This document shows, piece after piece, positions 13,553 through 25,014 of a stretch of DNA of 64,000 nt. The position numbers were made by a program, and so were the translations under genes. The stretch comes from Octopus sinensis (taxonomy: Eukaryota). The stretch spans positions 13,082,001-13,146,000 of the forward strand of contig NC_043022.1 of the NCBI RefSeq assembly GCF_006345805.1, read 5' to 3'. Within the stretch, counting starts at the first letter, position 1; each line of letters begins with the position of its first letter. Under the pieces are notes generated by a model that was not told where the DNA came from, made no database searches, and was given only the letters and a program-made list of their open reading frames with translations.

Positions 13553-15061
13553 CATATATAGCACAACTTTAAATAAATAAATGTTACAAATATTGCATGA
13601 AATTCGGTGCGCGGGGCTAATTGACACGATTATCTTGTCATTAGTATAAAATGATTATATAATGACTATGAGCACGGCCAGTGCGTGTAGTATAATTAGA
13701 GTACATATGGCTATTGACGCGATCACCTTCTATTTTCCTTATGATGTTCGCACATGTCTATTTGGCCAGTTATGTTGGGGAGATTATAACGAACTGCTGT
13801 TGAAGATATGGAAGTGGTGGGAGGGTAAATGTTCAATTTCGATAGCAACATGTCATGTCGCTCAGGAAACCAGTAATGTCGACCTTAAGTTTCAGCAACT
13901 AAATTTATAAACGTTAATGAAATGAAAACTTTAAGGAATTTTTAATTGGAGGAGAATTAATCATCTTTAAAAATTACAATTTTTTTGTTGAATTACAAGA
14001 GGCTTTTGGAAAAGGAAAATTTGTTTTTAGGCCAATTTACGATTCGAATCCAACGGCATCCGGCTTCTAGTGCAGCAGCAGGAAACCATTAGTTGCAGAT
14101 TCAAATATGTTGAAGTGCATTCCTGCAGACTGAGATTAGATAGATTTCTCATAGCAAAAATCAAACGAATAATCTTTATTTCTGACTAATTATTTTGAAG
14201 TAATTAGTAACGTAAATTATAAAATTGTAATATTTTTCATATATATTTCTATTTTATTTTAATTGCAAGAAATAAAAATCACACACACACATACATCCGA
14301 AATAGTAGTGAACCTAATCTAGTCTTATTGTTATTATTATCTGCAGTGGATTCACAGAATCAGTAAAGCATTGGGGTAAAAAAAGAAAGAAGTGTTTTGT
14401 AGTGTTTCCTTCTGGATCTTTACTATCAGAGTTCTAATCTCGCCGAAGTCGACTTTACGTTTCATCTCTCCGCAGCTCGATAAAATTTGGTATCAGGCGT
14501 ATATTGGATCCAGTGGTATCGACTAAAAACCCCCTCTTAAAATTACTGCTTTCTACCTAAACAGGAAACTATTATTTTTGTTATTTAATTCTTAAAAACA
14601 TGATGTAGCATTTAAGTTACGTTTCATTCCGTCTCAATATGAAAAATTATGCCTATATACGTTTTTGTTGGCGGGGGTGGTTGATTCCCCTTTATAACAC
14701 ACACACACATTTATTGGGACAGTTTTTCGTTTAATATTTCTCTTGGGTGGGTGAGCACGGTCCATTGACTCCATTTGGCTGACCAGCTTATTCCTATTGG
14801 TTGTAACAGTGGCGGTATATATGTATATATCTCCATCGTTCAGCGGTGAGGATTCTGTTGGTTGATTAACTGAACCACCGAGTCCCGAATGAACGTGAAC
14901 GATTCCACAGACACGTGTACTGTCAGTCAGAATCAGCCGTGACACAGTATGAGTAAGGGTGTACCTTTTTGAATTACGGGTATAATACCCTCGACGGGCT
15001 TCTTTACAGTTTTCATCTAACCAATTTCACTCGCAAGGTGATTTGACTAGAGGCTATAGAA

Positions 15062-15212
15062 CAGGCATGAGCAATTTTTTTCCAGAAGCGGGCCGCATGA
15101 GACAAGGTTCGTCATCAGGCGGGCCACGCAGCTAAAGAAAAAAAAAATTTCAACGTAATTTTTCGTTGTCATGCCATTAAAAGACTCGCGGGTCACTTTT
15201 CGCTCATGACTG
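15062..15212. mobile_element. hAT MITE nested in a SINE
   Basis: TIRs CAGGCATGAGCAA / TCGCTCATGACTG; 8-bp TSD CTATAGAA at 15054-15061 and 15213-15220. Confidence 0.85.
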
Positions 15213-15700
15213 CTATAGAAAAATGACATTTACCCAAGGTGCCATACAATGGGATTGATCCCAGAACTTCGTGATTATGAAGTAAATTTGTTTACGCCTA
15301 CAGTTGTAACTGATTTGGTAGTCGTGTGGATCAGATTTGATGTGTTAGCGCAAACAAGTGACGAAGGAAGCAATAAAAAAAGCAAGACCATAAAAAACAA
15401 TTGTAAGACATAAAAAGTGATATTTTATGATTTAATTACGAAAATATTGGAAGCAAACAGAAGCTCTCGCTCCTCGCACGGACATTTACGGAAATTGCCG
15501 AAACCACTACATTTGACTTTCTGACGGTGTAACTATATTATATCCAATGGAAATAGGTCCGGCGATGCCACTTTTTTTCTCTCTGTTCATTCATTTCTTT
15601 TCTTGTTGTTTAGGTCGTTTTTTGAGTTTTTCTTTATATAATTCTCGATAAACTTTCAAGTAATGAATAAAAGCAGCTCAAATCTACATTAAACTGTCTT

Positions 15701-16050
15701 GAGGCGATCTTTCGTCTCTAGTAGACCTTTCCGTCGATTTCCGTAAAAATTTTTTTTTTTTTACATATGTGCTTGCGGGAACTTTTGAAGTAATGAGAGC
15801 TAAAGAGACTAAGAGAAAGCGAGTGTATGACGAGGGAAGTTCTTTTGAAGTTACCGTGCATTGATGTACATGTGTGTGTGTTTGATGGGGTGTGGGAGAC
15901 AGACAGTATGTTGTGTAAGTGAAGTGCTTCTGTTAGTGTGTGTGAAGAGACAGAGAGAGTAATGTGTCTCTTTCGCTCTCATTACTTCAAAAGTTCCCGC
16001 AAGCCCATGGAAATCGACGGAAAGGTCTACTAGACACGAAAGATCGCCTC
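15701..16050. mobile_element. Foldback element with long bipartite TIRs
   Basis: GAGGCGATCTTTCGTCTCTAGTAGACCTTTCCGTCGATTTCC is inverted at 16009-16050 (one mismatch); a second inner inverted block CTTGCGGGAACTTTTGAAGTAATGAGAG. Confidence 0.8.
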
Positions 16051-17429
16051 TTTTTTTCACCTATTGAGACGAAGCGATGATAATTGCGAGCAAAAGATGT
16101 GATGTTCTGAAACAAGTGATTTTCCTGTGGTTTTGAATTCGTTTTTTTTTTCTCTCTCTTGCGTCTAAATAAAAGTTTCATATTAATTTGGAATCTGTTT
16201 AAAATTGGTTTCAGATTTTGACACCAGGCCAGTAATTTCGGGGAGGAGGTAAATCGATTACATCGACTCCAGTGTTCGACTTATACTTGATGTGTTATCT
16301 ACCTCCGAAAAAATAAAAGGAAAACTCGACCTCAACTGAATTCAAATTCAGAACGTAAAAACAGACGAAATGCCGCTAAGCAAGTTGACCGACGTGCTAA
16401 CCATTCTGCCATCTCGCCGCCTTAAATCGGTTCAATAAAAAAAAAAAAAGTTTCATTACTTCGGTTTTCTTTTATTTATAAGTGTTTTGTATATATTTTT
16501 TCTCTCACTGACGTTATTTTTGTTAATTCTATTTTTCACTAATTTCAGTCATTGGCTTGCGGCCATGCTGGGGCATCGCCTTGAAGGGTTTTGGTCGAAC
16601 AAATCGACTCCAGTACTTGTTTATTTGTTCTTTTAAAGTTTGATACTTATTTTAACGGTCTCTTGGCGAACCGCTAAGTTCGTAAACAAACCAACAATGA
16701 TTAGGTGGGGCACAAATCTAAATAGATACGAAAGGATAAAAGTTTTAAAGTCATAAAACTTAAGTTTCAGTAAAAAAGAGAGTTTAAAATTCTCAAAATT
16801 ATATAACACATATCATTTAACATCTACCTTCGATTCTGCTGTGGGGGAGACAGTTTGCAAGCAGCACTGTCAGTTTTTGCAGGGTTTTGTATGATTAGAT
16901 GCCCTTCCCAGCACCCAACCACTTTACAAGGTCTATTATTGGATACTGGATGGTTTCCGTGTTGAAGCTCCTAGGAGCTTGTTCACAAGTCCTTTTCCAC
17001 AAGTACAATTAATTTGTCCCGTGTGGTACAACACTTCGACACATGTAGCTAATAGTAACAGACAGGTTCAAATTTTGCAGGAAGCTCCCTCCAGTGTGCG
17101 TCAAACCTGGTACTTTTTGTGTGGCACCAGCACTAGTGAGGTCACTAAGAAATTTGCAAGACCGAAAAGCCCCCACAGCAGAGTGGGAGTAAAGTAGAAA
17201 GGGAGGTAGTTCTATGCTTGATGTTAAGAGACTGAAATATGACAGAGAGACAAGAGCATGAGTCTTGCCTGTTAAACATGGTTATCCCACGTTATATAAA
17301 GAGTGGGAGTAGCAAGAAACAGAGACAAGATGGTGGTGGTTAAGGTGTCAGAATGTAGAAAACAGGATAAGTTTGCATGAGTCGGAGTGGAAACCGATAT
17401 GGTTAGAGGTGGGTGTGCAGGTGAATGAA

Positions 17430-19095
17430 GGCGGCAGGCTGGCAGAAACGTTAGCGCGCCTGGCAAAATGCTTAGCGGTATTTCATCCGCCGTTACATTC
17501 TGAGTTCAAATTCCGCCGAGGTCGACTTTGCCTTTCATCCTTTCGGGGTCGATAAATTAAGTACCAGTTACGCACTGGGGTCGATGTAATCGACTTAATA
17601 CCTTTGTTTGTCCCCTCTTTGTATAGCCCCTTGTGGGTAATAAAGAAATAGGTATTTCATCTGCAGTTACGTTCTGAGTTCAAATTCCACCGAGGTCGAC
17701 TTTGCTTTTCAACCTTTCGGGGTCGATAAATTAAGTACCAGTTACACACCAGGGTCGATGTAATCGACTTAATCCCTTTGTCTGTCCTTGTTTGTCTTCT
17801 CTGTGTTTAGCCCCTTGTGGGTTATAAAGAAATAGGTATTCCGTCTGCCGTTATGTTCTGAGTTCAAATTCCTCCGAGGTCGACTTTGCCTTTCATTCTT
17901 TCAGAGTCAATAAATTAAGTACCAGTTACGCATTGGGGTCAATGTAATCGACTTAATCCCTTTGTCTGTCCTTGTTTGTCTTCTCTGCGTTTAGCCCCTT
18001 GTGGGTAGTAAATAAATAGGTATTTCATCTGCCGTTATGTTCTGAGTTCAAATTCCGCCGAGGTCGACTTTGCCTTTCATTCTTTCAGAGTCAATAAATT
18101 AAGTACCAGTTACGCATTGGGGTCAATGTAATCGACTTAATCCCTTTGTCTGTCCTTGTTTGTCTTCTCTGCGTTAGCCCCTTGTGGGTAGTAAATAAAT
18201 AGGTATTTCATCTGCCGTTATGTCTGAGTTCAAATTCCGCCGAGGTCAACTTTGCCTTTCATTCTTTCAGAGTCAATAATTAAGTACCAGTTACGCATTG
18301 GGGTCAATGTAATCGACTTAATCCCTTTGTCTGTCCTGTTTGTCTTCTCTGCGTTTAGCCCCTTGTGGGTAGTAAATAAATAGGTATTTCATCTGCCGTT
18401 ATGTTCTGAGTTCAAATTCCGCCGAGGTCAACTTTGCCTTTCATTCTTTCAGAGTCAATAAATAAGTACCAGTTACGCATTGGGGTCAATGTAATCGACT
18501 TAATCCCTTTGTCTGTCCTTGTTTGTCTTCTCTGCGTTTAGCCCCTTGTGGGTAGTAAATAAATAGGTATTTCATCTGCCGTTATGTTCTGAGTTCAAAT
18601 TCCGCCGAGGTCGACTTTGCCTTTCATTCTTTCAGAGTCAATAAATTAAGTACCAGTTACGCATTGGGGTCAATGTAATCGACTTAATCCCTTTGTCTGT
18701 CCTTGTTTGTCTTCTCTGCGTTTAGCCCCTTGTGGGTAGTAAATAAATAGGTATTTCATCTGCCGTTATGTTCTGAGTTCAAATTCCGCCGAGGTCGACT
18801 TTGCCTTTCATTCTTTCAGAGTCAATAAATTAAGTACCAGTTACGCATTGGGGTCAATGTAATCGACTTAATCCCTTTGTCTGTCCTTGTTTGTCTTCTC
18901 TGCGTTTAGCCCCTTGTGGGTAGTAAATAAATAGGTATTTCATCTGCCGTTATGTTCTGAGTTCAAATTCCGCCGAGGTCAACTTTGCCTTTCATTCTTT
19001 CAGAGTCAATAAATTAAGTACCAGTTACGCACTGGGGTCAATGTAATCGACTTAATCCCTTTGTCTGTCCTTGTTTAGCCCCTTGAGGGCAGTAA
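17430..19095 (+). repeat. Head-to-tail array of nine ~184-bp SINE-derived monomers
   Basis: B-box GAGTTCAAATTCC starts at 17502, 17676, 17860, 18044, 18226, 18408, 18591, 18775 and 18959; only the first unit has the A-box head (TGGCAGAAACGTT). A dispersed monomer lies at ~49300-49505. Confidence 0.95.
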
Positions 19096-19777
19096 AGAAA
19101 TAAGAGGTGGATGTAGTTGATAGTAAATATGAGTTTGATGGGAAAGTGATGAAAAATAGAAGAGGCTGAGGAAGGAGGAGGAGGAGGTGATAAGTGGGAA
19201 CACAGAAAGGATGGAGAACCAAAGACTGATAAAGCAGTAGGAAATGATGTGTGGGGATTCGTGGGTAAAAGAGGGACAGAGATGGAGATGAGAGGTACTA
19301 AAGTGCAGATGTGGTCAGTGGGAGTTGGGAGAGGATTTTAAGAATGAGATATGGCAGTCATAAGATGAGGTTTGGAAGGAAAAAAGGGAAGAGAGAGAGA
19401 ATGGGTGGCACAGAAAGGGTGAGCAGTGGAAAAATAAAGTGGGATGGGATGATATTGAGAATAGGGGATAGATGACAAGGGTAAGGGGCTCCAAAGAGGA
19501 CAACTGGCATTAATGAAAGGAGATGAAATACAGTGATGTCTTGCAGTACAAGTTTCATTCGTTCCACGACCGAACTCCTCTTAGAATTTACTTTGTTTTC
19601 TCCACTGAAATTAATTAAAATATAATTAATCCATTCCAGCCCCCCAAAAAACACTCAAAATTAATCTTTTATGGGTTTTAAAACAGAAAAGGTACAGTTA
19701 CAAGTAAAATGACAATTATAAAAAGGAGAATGCAAAAGAAATATGTAAGCTGGTTTTATTAACTGAATTACCTTTAA

Positions 19778-19988
19778 CCCTTTAGTGTTTGCATTATTCT
19801 GCCAAAATTAATCCTTTTTTATCCACATTGTTTTGAACTAATCAGGCATTATCTTGGAGCTATGAGATTTTGATGAGGTAGCTGTTAATTTTTAAAACGA
19901 CATTGTAGGGTTGGTGTGAGAGACCAGATCTGGCCAGTTTGAACATAAAACAGGTAGAATACTTTTGGCCGGTTTAAATGCTAAAGGG
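19778..19988. mobile_element. piggyBac-type MITE (TTAA TSD, CCCTTTAG termini)
   Basis: TTAA|CCCTTTAG...CTAAAGGG|TTAA. Confidence 0.85.
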
Positions 19989-20229
19989 TTAAAGATGGGA
20001 CAATTTGTGTGCTCCTACTGCAGATCTCCATTCGTACTTCAAGCCTAGGATTCGCACAAGTCTCAGCTTGTGCAGCAAATTACTCATATAATGGGGCACT
20101 CGTACTGTGAGGTTCTACTGTATGTAGCTCAGCCTTCATAACATTACAGTAGCTGCAAAGAAGCATAATTAGAGGAATGGCAGGAAGATAAGAGCCTGAG
20201 GAAGGTTTGACAGAGGGGAGCATGTTTAA

Positions 20230-20448
20230 CCCTTTAGTATTTAAACTGGCCATATCCGGCCAAAATAGCTAATCTGTTTTATGTTCAAACTGATCAGATC
20301 CAGGCTCTCACACCTACCCTACAATGTTATTCTACATTAAGTAATTACACCATCAAGATCTTGAAGATATGAGATAATGCATGATTAATTCAAATCAATG
20401 GGAATCAATAAGCATTATGTTTGATAGAATAATCTGAACACTAAAGGG
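20230..20448. mobile_element. piggyBac-type MITE, opposite orientation to 19778-19988
   Basis: TTAA|CCCTTTAG...CTAAAGGG|TTAA. Confidence 0.85.
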
Positions 20449-20584
20449 TTAAGAAGCTTGCCTCACAACCATGAGGTCCATAAAATAGGGTTTGACTACA
20501 CCTCCATTTAGAGCAGAGTTTAAGCTATCTTTTTGTGGAAGAAGGTTTATGTTCCTATAACCTGTGTTAATTCTGTAACCCTTT

Positions 20585-20967
20585 AAAATGGAAGATAAGA
20601 AAGTTCATTTTCGGCACTTGATGCTTTGGGAACCAGACAAAAATTGCTGCAGCTCGGCTGGGATGTGTTACCCCACCCTCCATATTCACCAGATATTACT
20701 CCTTCGGATTTCCACTTATTCAGGTCCCTGCAGAATAGTCTTAATGACAAAAATTTAAATTCCTTGGATGACGTAAAAAGATACCTTGATGAATTATTTG
20801 CCATGAAACCCCCTTAATTCTGGTAAGAGGGTATTTTCAAATTAAAGGAAAGATGGAGATGCATTGTGCATGGTTCATATTTGGTTGATTAAAAATGTAA
20901 CGGCAAGTATTTATTGACCTTTTTCTTTCCTTTAAAAATCGGCACAAACTTTCCGGACAACCCAATA
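20585..20967 (+). mobile_element. Mariner (Tc1/mariner) transposase 3' relic with right TIR
   Basis: GWDVLPHPPYSPDITPSDFHLFRSLQNSL matches the mariner YSPDLAPSD motif; in-frame stops follow; ends ...AACTTTCCGGACAACCCAATA. Confidence 0.92.
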
Positions 20968-22305
20968 AATTGAGTTCTGTTAGACAAATAATATTTGACC
21001 TGTTTGATTATTTGTGTGTTAAAATGATAAGATTACATTTATGAAGTTGTTGTGACCATCAGAATTCAATAAATTTTGTTATATCAATGTAGAAAACATC
21101 TATCAAGTGTTTGTTTTAATCTGTTGATTTTGTCCAAGTGTCTAGACAAGAGAGTTGTTGAGTGATTGTAGAGTGAGTGGCATGGTAGAAATGAAAGCCT
21201 TGTTGATTAATTGATAAAAGTTTATTGTGAGTTCAATAATTTAAAATATTTCCTCTAGTAAATCAATTTTTAAAAAAACCGATTTAATAAAATAATTGAT
21301 CAGAAATTCTTCCTTTTTTTTTATATCAGATGGTAAGATTTTTCTAAACATAGGGGATATGTTGGCAACTTTCCAAATTGACAGAAACGAGTGCAGGTAT
21401 AGGTGTGTGGTTAAGAAATTTGCCACCAGCATAGGAACCAGGTCTGGTGGCACTGGCATCCACCAAGTTCAAATGGTGCTTTTTACGTGCCACCAGCACA
21501 GGTGCCAATCAGGTGGCACTGGCATAAGCCACGACTACTATTTCACTTGGCTTAACAGGTCTTCTCAAGCACAGCCTATTGCCTGACGATCGAAGGGGTA
21601 CTTTTAAACAGGCCAGTTATGTGACACTGGCATCTGCTATGGCTACAATCTCACTTGGCTTGCTGGGTCTTCTCAAGCACAGCACATCTGCAAAGGTCTC
21701 GGTCACTAGTCATGGTCTCTGTGAGGCCCAATGTTTGAAGGTCGTGCTTCTACCTCCTCCACAGGTTCCCTCCACTTGTACGGTGTCCCAGCCTGGCCAC
21801 AGTCCAATAACTGAAAGAAGTAAAAGATAAAGGATAACTACCTCAAAAACCTGCAATTCCTCTGCCCTGATTATAAACTCACCTGAATACCAGTAATTAT
21901 TGATGCATTTGGTTTATACATTATTTACATTCGACGGACATCTGTCCTCATCTTGTTTGTTGTTAACACAACGTTTCAGCTTCAGGTGTCTTGGGGAAAT
22001 TTCGAACCTGGGTTCTCATTCCAAAGGTATTTTTCGATGTTCGGGCATGGCTGTGTGGTTAGGGAGCTTGCTTCCTAGCTACATGGTTTCGGGTTCAGTC
22101 CCACTGCGTGGCACTTTGGGTAGGTGTCTTCCACTATAGCCTCGAGCCGACCAGAGCTTTGTGATTGAATTCGGTAGGTGGAAGTTACTGCCGTGTGTGC
22201 ATATGTGCGTGTAGGTGCTTGTGCCTCTCCGAAAGAGAGAGAGAGGGGTTGTTGTTGTTATTATTATTATTATTATTGTTGTTGTTATTATTATTATTAT
22301 TATTT

Positions 22306-22379
22306 AGATCACTGCCTGGAATCGAACTCAGAATCTTGGAGTTAGTAGCCCATGCCCTTAACCACTATGCCATATGCCC
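22306..22379 (-). mobile_element. tRNA-derived mini-SINE / tRNA pseudogene with (AAT)n tail
   Basis: A box TGGCATAGTGG and B box GAGTTCGATTCC present; acceptor and T stems pair poorly; followed by an (AAT/AAC)n tract. Confidence 0.7.
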
Positions 22380-22729
22380 GTGGGCATTTGGTTTATGTTA
22401 AAAAATTTTCAAGTGACAATCTAGAACACGAGGACTTTCAGTCGAAGGAAGAAAGTGGATGACACCCACTTCAAGATACTAATCACTAAATGAAACAGGA
22501 AAGATATGTGAAGCTTCTAAAGTTCAACATGAAACACTTATCATGGTCGTTATCCAAATTCCAGTGACTAAGCTTTTTTCTTTGTTAGAAACCAGCTTCT
22601 TCCTTTTAGGAAGAGTTCTAATGAATAAAGATACACACACACACACACATGTATGAATACATGCATGAATGCATATATATATGTATACTTTCTAGGTGCA
22701 ATCTCATGGTTATTCATGACCGAAGGGGG

Positions 22730-22787
<58 letters not shown>

Positions 22788-23200
22788 GGGGGGTGGAGAT
22801 ACACACACAAGTATATATATATATATATAGGGTGAGAGAGGGAGAGAGATATACACACAGGTATATCAAATACCATACAACAAATATTCTTGATCTATTA
22901 AAGTTATCTCCACCTCTAAACGATGCATCATAATTCCCAAATGGCAATTTAAAACCAGATCCACTTGACAAGGGGGAGATGATTTCAAGTTCCATGCATT
23001 CTCCAGTAAAGGGACAGGCTTGTTATCTGGGGGTAAGAGGACAGATGTGGACACATACATACATTTTTGGTCAAAGGTGGGTGAGTGGAATAATGTTGGC
23101 CAGCATGCCCTTAACTGTGCTTCTGTCATGCTCATGTTGACATGAGACTGCTTAAGAGGAACATTAGAGGCACCTGTATCACTGGTATTGGAAGGAGACA

Positions 23201-23870
23201 GTAAATAAACTGACCTCAGATAAATAAACTACCCCCAGGTCAATATACTAACCTCAGGTAAATAAACTGATTGCAGGTCAAGAAACTGACCTAAGGTCAA
23301 TATACTGGCTTCAGATAAATAAACTGATCACAGGTCAAAAAAATTGACTGAAGGTCAACATAGGCGCAGGAGTGACTGTGTGGTAAGTAGCTTGCTAACC
23401 AACCACGTGGTTCTGGGTTCTGTCCCACTGCGTGGCATCTTGGGTAAGTGTCTTCTGCTATAGCCCCGGGCCGACCAATGCCTTGTGAGTGGATTTGGTA
23501 GACGGAAACTGAAAAAAGCCTGTCGTATATATGTATATATGTGTCTGTGTTTGTCCCCCTAGCATTGCTTGACAACCGATGCTGGTGTGTCTACGTCCCC
23601 GTCACTTAGCGGTTCGGCAAAAGAGACCGATAGAATAAGTACTGGGCTTACAAAGAATAAGTCCCGGGGTCGATTTGCTCGACTAATGGCGGTGCTCCAG
23701 CATGGCCACAGTCAAATGACTGAAACAAGTAAAAGAGAAAGAGAAAGAGAATACTGACCTGAGATAAACTGATCCTAAGTCAAGAAACTGATCTAAGGTC
23801 AATATGCTGACCTCAGGTAAATAAACTGATCACAAGGTCAGGAGACTAACCTTAGGTCAATAGTGACCTC
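23201..23870. repeat. ~18-20-bp degenerate minisatellite rich in AGGTCA/TGACCT, split by a SINE
   Basis: Eight AGGTCA and five TGACCT perfect hexamers in ~280 bp excluding the SINE. Confidence 0.85.
23362..23750 (+). mobile_element. CORE-like SINE inserted into the AGGTCA minisatellite
   Basis: Same family; the minisatellite continues on both sides. Confidence 0.9.
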
Positions 23871-24190
23871 TGATCTCTGTCTCTCTGCTACTAACTTATA
23901 CCCCCCACCCTCTCTCTTGTTTCCCACATTCCCATATCCCTCTACTCACACTCCTCCCTACTTCATAAACACTGTATGTTTCTCCCTCCTCCTCTCGTAT
24001 TGTCCCCTTCATTGGTGATTTACCCCCACTACTAAACTTTCTCCCCTCCCCTACTCTTTCTCTCCCAGACAAGTGTCCGAGTCTTTGGTTCGCTCTACAC
24101 AACTCAATTCACTGTAATTTATTTATTCCATGAACTTTTTATGAATCAACCTTCTGCCGCATCCGACGGCCAATTCAGGACCCCACTTAC

Positions 24191-24437
24191 TTGCAGTTAC
24201 GTAGACTGGGATGAGTATTTTTAAGCCGAAACGTATTGCAGAATCTATTTCTGAATGTAGACTGACAAGCTCTTCGGAAAGACTTCTGCCCACTCTCACC
24301 CCATTTTCTCCCAAATCTCTTTATTTTTGTAATTTTTTTTTTTTGCCAAAAATCGGTATTGTGAAATTTTTCTCCCCTTCAATTTTGACTTTTTTCCCCG
24401 ACACTAACCCTACAACCCTAACCCTAAAACCCCAACC
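24191..24437. promoter_or_regulatory. Putative bidirectional promoter / first-exon region
   Basis: CpG-containing unique sequence bounded by outward-facing GTAAGT donors: minus strand at 24190, plus strand at 24438. Confidence 0.45.
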
Positions 24438-24676
24438 GTAAGTACAGAAATGTTTTGAAAGTTTTGTCCGAATCATGATGCCCGTATTTTCCTGCATATT
24501 TAGAAAAAAAATTCTTTAAAAAAATTTTACAAAGATTTTTGGACATTTTTTTTTTTTTTTAGAATCATAATCTCCGTATTTTTCCGCATATTAAAAAAAA
24601 GGGAAAAAGTTTAAAATGAAGGAAATGGGGGTGGTAATTTAGAAATGTCAATCTTTGGCCAATTCTTTTTTTGCAG
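24438..24676 (+). other. Putative 5'-UTR intron of the TFIIA-like gene (239 nt)
   Basis: Donor AACC|gtaagt at 24438 and acceptor ttctttttttgcag| at 24676, upstream of the ATG at 25015. Confidence 0.6.
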
Positions 24677-25014
24677 ATTCGTATTCCCCGTAGCCGAAAA
24701 GAGGTGGGGTTGTGTCGAAAAAAAAATTTTAAGGGTGGTTTGGGAGGGAGTCTTGCCAGCTCTTCACGACCACAGATGTTTATAATAAATGAAAATGGTT
24801 CATAAACGACTTAAAAATGAAGATAACGAAAATATGTTTAATTAATGGAATAATATATTTGCTACAGTCGACAACTTTCTTTGAAAACATTTCCCTTCTA
24901 CGCGACCTCTTCCTACAGCTATTTTACATATACAAATTAGTGTGTTTCGTAACCACAACTATTTAAACAGGGACACAGGACACAGGTGAAAGAGTTTCTT
25001 CGAATCCTCGGAGT

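Noticed and set aside
17430-19095. Regular array superficially like a CRISPR
   Set aside because: Units are contiguous, near-identical 184-bp SINE copies with no unique spacers; no cas genes; eukaryotic context.
22306-22379. Possible functional tRNA gene
   Set aside because: Acceptor and T stems pair poorly, the anticodon would be an atypical ACT, and an (AAT)n tail follows; treated as a tRNA-derived retroposon.
130-24100. Numerous short ORFs rich in YIYIYI/VCVCVC, and recurring MSSNARGTNT.../MTTDAGVF... ORFs
   Set aside because: They are translations of microsatellites and of SINE copies, not a gene family.
24203-24245. Hammerhead-like GATGAG...GCCGAAACGTA
   Set aside because: The core is interrupted (CTGGGATGA), and there is no stem II or stem I pairing.
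24402-24437. Telomere-like CCCTAA repeats in the putative first exon
   Set aside because: Only 2-3 imperfect units; common low-complexity sequence.
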